Assembly: GCA_963693365.1 (NCBI GenBank)
Contig: CAVNZM010000018.1
Span: forward strand, 2,084,728 to 2,148,727
DNA length: 64,000 bases
Origin: Amoebidium appalachense
Taxonomy: Eukaryota > Protista > Ichthyosporea
Direction: 5' to 3'
A program made the translations under genes and the position numbers. A model generated the notes under the pieces. It searched no databases and had not been told where the DNA came from. It saw only the letters and a program-made list of their open reading frames with translations. Below, piece after piece: positions 24,457 to 64,000 of this stretch; the first letter of the stretch is position 1, and each line of letters opens with the position of its first letter.

Positions 24457-24647
24457 TCTGAGTTCATTTTGCATACGAGATGAATGAGCCGAAGCTCGGT
24501 CACTTGTGGATGACTTGTTTCTCTTCCCATGGAGAATGGGCTATACTTATGTTATATTTTAAAAAAGATAAAAATTAACTATTGTAATAATTTATTAACG
24601 TCTCGACCAGTAACACTTGATTTCTCCTCCACAGGGCAAAGAGGTGA
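20668..24647 (+). CDS. BORCS8: BLOC-1-related complex subunit 8 (MEF2BNB)
   Basis: Five phase-consistent exons: 20668-20809, 22574-22686 (SDDIYLLANEPSVGLYRVYEHI, cf. human SVYVLANEPSVALYRLQEHV), 23401-23475 (IQGCIFDVDYAISTI), 24271-24362 (FNSIQGLFTEAIAAKQKI) and 24635-24647 (stop). Confidence 0.92.
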
Positions 24648-24924
24648 GCAGAAGCCACAGGGATTTCTACCCTTGCTTTGAATCTAGCAGAGGAGGGCTG
24701 TAGGCGAGAATTTTTAATCTTCGAATGAGCATATCCCTATGTTATTTAGGCATTTCTACCTGAAATCATTATTTCTTCACCCCTTTACCAGTGTACGGAG
24801 GCTATTTATGTCTAAATGGTGACTGTAGCTAAGGTAATCGTGTCAGTTATTTCAATTTTGGTCAGTTTGTATTTTTCCTGGTGTAGATTGAACGGAAAAT
24901 CGCTATGTACTTTATGCTTTATGC

Positions 24925-26213
24925 TTCGAATATATCCGTGTATGTAAATGAATGGAGCAATGCCTATAGCCGTGGGGGTGGTGGGCGGGTTGGTTTTTGG
25001 TGTGTGTGTGACTTGGAGGCCTTTGGATGTGTATGTTAAGGCGGAGGGGGGGGGGGGGGGGGGGGGGGGGCTGGATGCTATTTGCAGGAAGACTGCATAA
25101 TAACACGGGTGTACAATGAATAAAAGCAGCCAACAAGCTGAATGTTTGTTATCTGCTATCGGTTTCATGTTGAAATTCCCCCCCCCCCTCCCCCCCCCCC
25201 CCCCTTCCCCTCTCCACCTCTCCACCCACCCACCCTTTTTTGTGCCTGTTGTTCGCGGCATTTGTGTCTGTCTGAGTGCCAGCAGGTAAGTTAAGCTCGA
25301 TCACTATCACACGTGTCTGGATCTGTGCCTGGGCACATGCATATGTGTAAAGATGCTCTATAATTGTAAGGGAATAGAGACAGGCACTGTGTGTGTTGGT
25401 AGCCTTAAATCAAATCAATCTATAAAAAAAACGTGTGTAGGAATAATGTTCCTGCATGCCTATATGGGATATGTATAAGAAGATGGCATAATGTGCTACA
25501 GATCTCAAACTCTGGGGTTGGTGTGTTTCGTCCATTCCGTCCATGTACATGATTGCGATTCAGGCGTATGGGCACATGCGCGTGTCCTTGTTGGCGAATC
25601 TGTGCATGCATATGTGTGCATGTGTGTGTGTGTGGGGGGGGGGGGGGGGGGGGGGGGTGGGTGGGTGTCTGTCTGTGTGTGTGTGTATGTGTGTGTGTGT
25701 GTGTGTCACGGTGTATGTGTGTGCATTTGTTTTACGGGGTGTACGGTGTGTGTGTATCACGTTGTATGTGAATGTGTATGTGTGTGCATGTGTTTTTTGT
25801 TTTTTCTTTTTTCTTTTCTTTTTTTTTTTTTTTTTTGGGGGGGGGTGGGGGGGGGGGGGGGGGGGGGGGGGGATGCTAGCAACTTGTTGACGTTTCTGAG
25901 TCACCTCTGGCAACACTGTGAGTACCGTACCCTGGTACTAGTGTAAGGGATGGTAAAGGCAAAGGTCGTAAAATCTGAATTTCGAGATTATATTTGGGGT
26001 TGAACCTTTTTTTTTTTTTTTTTTAACGATTTGTTCCCGGAGGACTTTTGCAGGCCCTCTAGGGAAACTACCGTCTACCACACAGCACCGACAGTACACT
26101 AGTCACGGTGCTATCTAATTGCTCAGCTAGGCTAAACCATCCTTCACAAACCACTAGGGACTATAGAGTACACACTTGGCCCAGTGTTACTATCCCATCC
26201 ACACCTGCAGGAA

Positions 26214-26258
<45 letters not shown>

Positions 26259-26785
26259 GAAACTGGGGTTCTAGTGTACGGTAGAGAAGCGGGTTGCCGC
26301 AAAACCGCTTAACTACTCAGAAGTTCCGTGATTTTTACCTTCTCCTTTTCTCAGCTGTCCTGACACGTATACGCACATGCGAACATTTTCATGTTGTGTT
26401 TGAAATCTACTGTATTTTATTATATCGGAATACAATTTCAAACACAACACCAACAAGTCCCCATTGTAGCCTCTTTGAGCTACGCACCCCTTGCAACAGT
26501 TGTCCAATTTTTATATGCCACCCCCGGGGCAACTTGAAGGACATATATACTATGGCAGTAAGTGGCACTGCCTTGCATATTTATCACCTGGTGTGAGCGA
26601 TCCCCGGCCCGCTGTAAATGTGTCTGCGACCACACACCGTGAGGTCTCTTTGCGTTTGCAGGTGAACGTTAGCATCCGGGAGGTCTCTGTGTTTGTGTCT
26701 GCTCACAAGTACATCAGTGTGTGCATGTATGTGTGTTTGTATGAGCGTGTATGCTGCAAAGTTTGCCATGATGTGCATATGCCAT

Positions 26786-26857
<72 letters not shown>

Positions 26858-27770
26858 TGTGTGTACGTTATCCCCCCCCCCCCCCCCCCGGCCCCCCTCC
26901 CCCCTCCTCCTCCTCCTCCTTCACAGCCTGTTCCACTATAATATAATTAAGCAAAAGCATAATAATAATTAAGCTTTTTGCATAATAATTTAGCTTTTTG
27001 CATAATAACTATGCTAAAAGTGGGTTTATTAAGCTCGTGTGGTTGGGCCCTTCATAAATCGTGTCAAGTTGTAATAAGTATCATGAGCAATATACATCAT
27101 ATAGTACTAGGACATATTTGTTTTGTAGACTCTCTGGATTCTGAGATTCATAGCAACTTACTTGTTGCCGGAAAATTTCTTCTTTTGACTGGATTTATTC
27201 GACGGAAAGATATGCAAGTATGCACGGCATACCGAGAAGACAATAAAAACTTCACGAGTTATCCAGTAACAAGTGCATACTGAGATACCTGAACACTGTG
27301 TGAAAATCATATAAATACTCAATGTGACGACCAACAGAATTCAACAAAAAGTCTAAAGTGTTCACATTGCCAGCTAGTGTAGCAGACACCCGTAGGGAAA
27401 GAGGTAAAACGTGACATAAAAACTCACACCGGAAAATTCATGACGTAGCTTCGTCGCTCAACAGCCACAGAGGGAACATCGGGGGCAAGGGCAAGCAAAC
27501 ACGCCGCCCAAACCATCACCGACGAAACTAACGAACGCCCCATCGCGTAAATAAGAACCGCAACCGTTCGACTTCCAAAGCTACTGCACACGCTTGCGGT
27601 TTTTTTTTTTTTTTTTTGTCGTGTGTGAGCGAGGCTAATATTGGTAAGTGATGAGGTTTGAAGGGTGCGAGCTCGCTCTTTTCATACCATCGAAACAGGG
27701 TGTGAGGGGCTAGAGGGGCTGTCAGTGAATAGCTTAATCGAGGATGAGAGAGCAAAAGAAGGGGAATACA

Positions 27771-27868
<98 letters not shown>

Positions 27869-28162
27869 TGTGTGTAGGGGGGTATGGGGGGGGGGGGGGA
27901 GGGAGGGGGAGGGGGGAGGGGACGGGGTGGGATGAGGTGACGAGGGATGGGGTGGGGAGTGCCGGGAGGGAGGGAGAGTTTACCGTTTTATCATGATCAT
28001 TCTCGGATACACCCGGCAGTAGGGTAGAACCGAGGTAGGTGGGGTTGGGGGGAAGGGGGGGGGAGGGTTGGCAGGTAGCAATGCTTATTTACGGTGTTGA
28101 AACAAGTCCTGAGAGAAGAAGAAGCCTTGAACTGATGGCGAAAATTTGTATACGGCAACCAC

Positions 28163-28196
<34 letters not shown>

Positions 28197-28211
28197 ACAC
28201 ACACACACACG

Positions 28212-28263
<52 letters not shown>

Positions 28264-28330
28264 CCCAGTACCACCACGTGTGTGTTGCGCCACAGTGCAT
28301 GCGCATCCAAAAGCGCACTCGCACAAGATC
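24925..28330 (-). CDS. Possible multi-exon gene of unknown function, convergent with BORCS8
   Basis: Non-repetitive segments join in phase at GT/AG sites: ...LLDAHALWRNTHVVVL|VQGFFFSQDLFQH|PPLAPHTLFR|CFGSRTVAVLIYAMG...YVMNFPV|YLSMHLLLDN (about 28320 to 27260). Further exon-like pieces lie near 26200, 25940, 25330 and 24960. No family recognised. Confidence 0.3.
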
Positions 28331-28496
28331 ACATGTACCCAGCTCGGGAAAAAAAAAGAAAAAAATAAAGAACAAATCCTAAAATTGAATCTACATGCCA
28401 GTATGTGTAATCCACAGAGAAACGCCTACCTGTGAATCCTGGGAAACATACGTTTTTTTTTTCTAAAAAAATAATAGTAATAATTGCTGCCGTCGA

Positions 28497-28741
28497 AAGC
28501 AGAATACCTCTGTTTTTGGCTGAATGATTCTGCTAACAGCAGAAAAATTCTGTCACAAAGCAGATTGCACGTGATTCTGCTTTTGCGGAATATTTATTCT
28601 AAATGCAGAATTATTCTGCTAAATCAGAGCAATTCCTCTGCTTTCGCAGAATAATTCTGCGTTTTGCAGAATAATTCTGCTATTTGCAGAATATTCCGCT
28701 TTTTGCAGAATAATTCTGCTTTTTGCAAGTTGATTCTGCCG
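28497..28741. repeat. Array of palindromic GCAGAAT(A)ATTCTGC units, ~20-bp period
   Basis: About 11 exact or degenerate copies of a 15-bp inverted-repeat motif. Confidence 0.8.
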
Positions 28742-28900
28742 ATGTGGCTGGCCATGGGCCCTTACTGTACAGTGTTGACCAATACGAGTAAGATATTTAT
28801 TTCGAAGGGCCTACCAAAAGCGCTGGGTGGGTGCGTCGGTGGGTGGGCCAGGTGGGGAGGGGGGGGGGCGACGGGGAGGGGGCCGCTCCCCACGGGGGGA

Positions 28901-28940
<40 letters not shown>

Positions 28941-29446
28941 CTCGAGAAGGGGGGAGGGGGGGGAGGGAGGGGGGGGGGGGGGGGGGGGGGCAACAGACTG
29001 AACGAAATGGCATGGAAATGATGCCCTTGCTATTATCACAGAACCTTATTATACTCTATTTTCAAGTATCCATGATTTCAGTCACGCATCTGAAGTTTAC
29101 ACCATGTCCTCTAGAGACAAGGTTGCGCATGCGCATTGGCCGGGCTCTCGAAAGTGTGGGGCGGGAGGGGGAGGGGGAGGTCACCGTGGTGGAAGAAGGG
29201 AAGGGAGGGAGAGTTGGTTGTGGTGAAGGAGGAAGGGGAGGGTGGTGTACAGGTGGGGAAGTGAGTGTGGTGAGGGGAGCCTTGGGGGAGGGGAGGGGGC
29301 CGAGGGACCGGGCCAGGGGGGGGAGGGGGGGGGGGGGAAGTCCAAAAGAAGAGGTGGGCAAAAGAGGAATTCAAGGGTTTCATTGGAGGGTGTGTCACAG
29401 CCAATGAACAAGAAAAAAGCATACATGTGGGACCTTCCAAACCCCC

Positions 29447-29613
29447 GTCTCTCTAGATTATACTGGATAGAGATCTATGGATAGGAGAGGTATGGTCAAG
29501 GGGGTCTCTCTAGATTATACTGGATAGAGATCTATGGATAGGAGAGGTATGGTCAAGGGGGTCTCTCTAGATTATACTGGATAGAGATCTATGGATAGGA
29601 GAGGTATGGTCAA

Positions 29614-29617
<4 letters not shown>
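29447..29617. repeat. 57-bp tandem repeat x3
   Basis: GTCTCTCTAGATTATACTGGATAGAGATCTATGGATAGGAGAGGTATGGTCAAGGGG starting at 29447, 29504 and 29561. Confidence 0.95.
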
Positions 29618-29650
<33 letters not shown>

Positions 29651-30023
29651 CGGAGGGGAGGGGGGGGGCATGCTCACGTTCGATTGCGTTATGCCGAGAG
29701 ATCACAAAAACCGCCGTCAAACATCACTGACAATAAAAGCAAAGGCATGAATGTAGACATAAATGATAATATTAACCAGAAATACACTTTAAATAGCAAA
29801 TTGATGTTTAGATATAAAAATTATAATTAATCAAAACATTACCGAGACATTGCGCTGTTTTCATAACCCTGGTGAGGCTGACGTTCTCCGTTCGTTAGCA
29901 GTGTGTGCGTGTACTTGTTTAGGAGAGAGTTCTCGTGTACGCATAGTTCGTGTGTGCAAAAACACACTTAATCAAAGAGGGACATACACAAATACTTCTT
30001 CACAGTTACCTTTTGTGGGGGTG

Positions 30024-30345
30024 GCCACCCTCCTTGGGACTCCAGAGGTTCTGCTCGCTCATCTGTAGTTGACAGGCTACACATCCTTTTTATTAATATA
30101 TATTCACAATCAAGATCTTTTGAATGTGTTCATGTTTTTGCCAGAAACCACTTATGGATTTTTTTGCTTCTTCACATTTACCTTTTATGAAAATAACCAC
30201 CCTCCTTGGGACTCCCAGTTTCTGCCCGCGCATCTGTAGTTGACAGGCTACGCATCCTTTTGATGAAACCACTATCAGGATCTTTTGACTCGTTTTCATG
30301 TTTGTGCCAGAATCCACTTACGGATTTTTTTGTCTTCAGGTGTAT
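30024..30345. repeat. Diverged tandem duplication (~172-bp unit)
   Basis: CCACCCTCCTTGGGACTCC...CATCTGTAGTTGACAGGCTAC...GCCAGAA.CCACTTA.GGATTTTTTG occurs twice. Confidence 0.8.
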
Positions 30346-30858
30346 TTTTCTGAACCAGCTATCTTATATATTTCTCACTAGAAAACTTAGATACATTAGA
30401 AAGTTCGTTAGCGACGTTGCATTGTGGCGTTAGTTGTCAATGGATCCGGAACACACACTTTTCCCCTAGCTCATCACCCCAGCCATCTGTTTCCACTTCA
30501 GAAGAAACCGCTTAGGATCTTTTGCTAAATAAACGGGGAAAACTGACGGCGCGTCTCACTGGGAATGGCCGATAAGGTTGGCACAGTTTTATAACCCCCC
30601 CCCCCCCCCCCCCCCCCCCGCCCTCCCCTCCCCCTCCCCTCTCCCCCCTCCCCCCTTCTGCCCCCTCCCCTCCCCTACCCCCGCGACTTCCTAACTTGGG
30701 CCGCACGCTTTTTGCTCGACGTCTAGTTTCTTTCTTTCTTTCTTTTACCCGTTTTCTCGGGATAATTTTGGGTGTTGTATGGTTTGAAGGGATGAGAACT
30801 ACACCTGGCTTAACCTTGTTGTTCAGTCGAAAGTCCTACTCTCAAAACGTCAGGTAGA

Positions 30859-30915
<57 letters not shown>

Positions 30916-31555
30916 CCCCCCCCCCCTCACGCCTTATGCGCGCAGGGCGCGGTGACCACCTAGATGCTCCTTGCATTGTGAACCGTCCGTGTCAGTTTCT
31001 GATTCCTACGAATACCAACCCGCCTGGAGGCGTATTCTTATTGAATGTCCGTCTGCTGCCGAGTTCATGCGATAATGTTCAAGAGGCAAAGGTTCGGTCG
31101 CGCTTTTCGAGACAGCCTCCCTCCTCCCCCCCCCCCCCCCCCCAAAAAAAAACCAAAAAAACAAAAAAACAAACAAAAAAAAAAAATAGAGTAGCGGTAA
31201 AGCGAACGTTGGGAAATAAGAATAAACTGCAATTTCTGCTGTGCTTCGTGTGTGCGTGTGTGCGTGTGTGTGAGATAGTGCGAGTTGTGTGCGTGTGTGT
31301 TAGCGCACACGTGTGCCTATATGTGTGTTTCTGTGTGTATTTGTTGACTGTGGGTATTTAGCGTGTGTGTTTGTGTGTGTGCCTGTGCGTGTTTGCGCAT
31401 GTGTGCGTGTGTCTGTGTGCCTGTGTTCGTGGATTCGTGTTCGCGTGTGCCCCACGCGCATGTGCATGTGTGTGTGCGTGTGTACGGGTGGGCAGGTGTT
31501 GTGTGTGAGGGGAAGGGGGGAAGGGCGGAGAGGGAATTAAAGAGGGGAGGTGTGT

Positions 31556-31586
<31 letters not shown>

Positions 31587-31738
31587 GGGGGAGAGGGGGA
31601 GGAGGGGGGGGGTAAGGAATGTAGAGGGGGAGACGGCCCGGAGAAGGGGGGCATGGGAGGAGGGGGGGGGCACCCACTAAAGACATATTTATTATATTTA
31701 CAATTTGAGTCATTTTAAATATTTAACCCTTTTTACAG

Positions 31739-63341
<31,603 letters not shown>

Positions 63342-63597
63342 GTAAGCAACACCATCCCCTCCACCCCCCTCCCCCCTCCCCCCACCCCCCCCGTATGTGG
63401 TGTGGGCGACCTGTTACATGCATTTAGTAGGCATTTCACTCCTTTGAAGTGTTAAGTTACTTTTGTGCTTTGTGTGTGACCCCCCTCCCCCCCCCCTCCC
63501 CCCCCCCCCATTTCGCGCCTCCCCAAACTGGTTATCAAGTGCACTCTCTCTGTGTACATCTGAAACTTAGTTACGGGCATGCTTGCATGGCTGTTTG

Positions 63598-63765
63598 ACC
63601 ACTATTATATTACACACTCTGAAAATGCCACCCGCAAACTCTCATCCCCCCCCTCCACCCCCCTCCCCCCCTCCCCCCCCCCCCCACCCCACACACACAC
63701 CCTGCCTCCATCCCACTATTATATTACATACTCTGAAAGTGCCACCCGCAAACTCTCATGCCCCC
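63598..63765. repeat. Direct repeat of ~50 bp
   Basis: CCACTATTATATTACAYACTCTGAAARTGCCACCCGCAAACTCTCAT at ~63599 and ~63713. Confidence 0.85.
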
Positions 63766-63772
63766 CTCCCCC

Positions 63773-63803
<31 letters not shown>

Positions 63804-64000
63804 ACACACCCTGCCTCCACCCACCTCTCACTTAGCCCTTCTATTCCTTTGAAACATACACAGGTTGGGTTGGAAATAAAGTGTTATGTCTGTGTAGTTA
63901 TGTGTATTCCCTGAAAATGGGCCCTGCTCAAGTGTGTTTATATGCACGATTCTTTTGGTTTATGTTTTGCGTTGTTTGTTTGTGTGAACTTTCAACATCT

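Noticed and set aside
30792-31091. Start exon(s) of ABCA
   Set aside because: A donor at 31091 is in phase with the 31739 exon, but the candidate ATGs and upstream junctions could not be reconciled, so the start is left unresolved.

Overview
Eukaryotic, intron-rich genomic DNA loaded with poly-C/poly-G runs and (CA)n/(GT)n microsatellites. Almost every ORF in the supplied track is a repeat artefact. I rebuilt the real genes by hand from splice sites and reading-frame phase. (1) A minus-strand RecQ4/Sld2-family gene (RECQL4-like N-terminus, exons ~10039 down to 652, running off the window start), with two tRNA-Val(AAC) genes and several MITEs in its introns. (2) An intronless minus-strand polysaccharide lyase family 6 gene (chondroitinase B/alginate lyase-like, 14565-16214), probably horizontally acquired. 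(3) BORCS8/MEF2BNB (20668-24647, 5 exons). (4) A large ABCA transporter (33 exons traced from 31739 to 63341, continuing past the window end), with a 5'-truncated Penelope-like RT element and related non-autonomous repeats in its introns. Two further spliced genes of unknown function are possible (~12500-13801 plus, ~24925-28330 minus). Three window-wide patterns stand out. Sense-strand poly-C runs sit just downstream of about half of the 5' splice sites. The Penelope-like retroelements sit in these C-runs, and every intronic copy I found is sense to the host gene. Tandem duplications repeatedly copy exon-intron junctions, giving decoy splice sites and a duplicated 27-nt microexon. A unicellular holozoan such as an ichthyosporean is plausible but cannot be established from this sequence alone.
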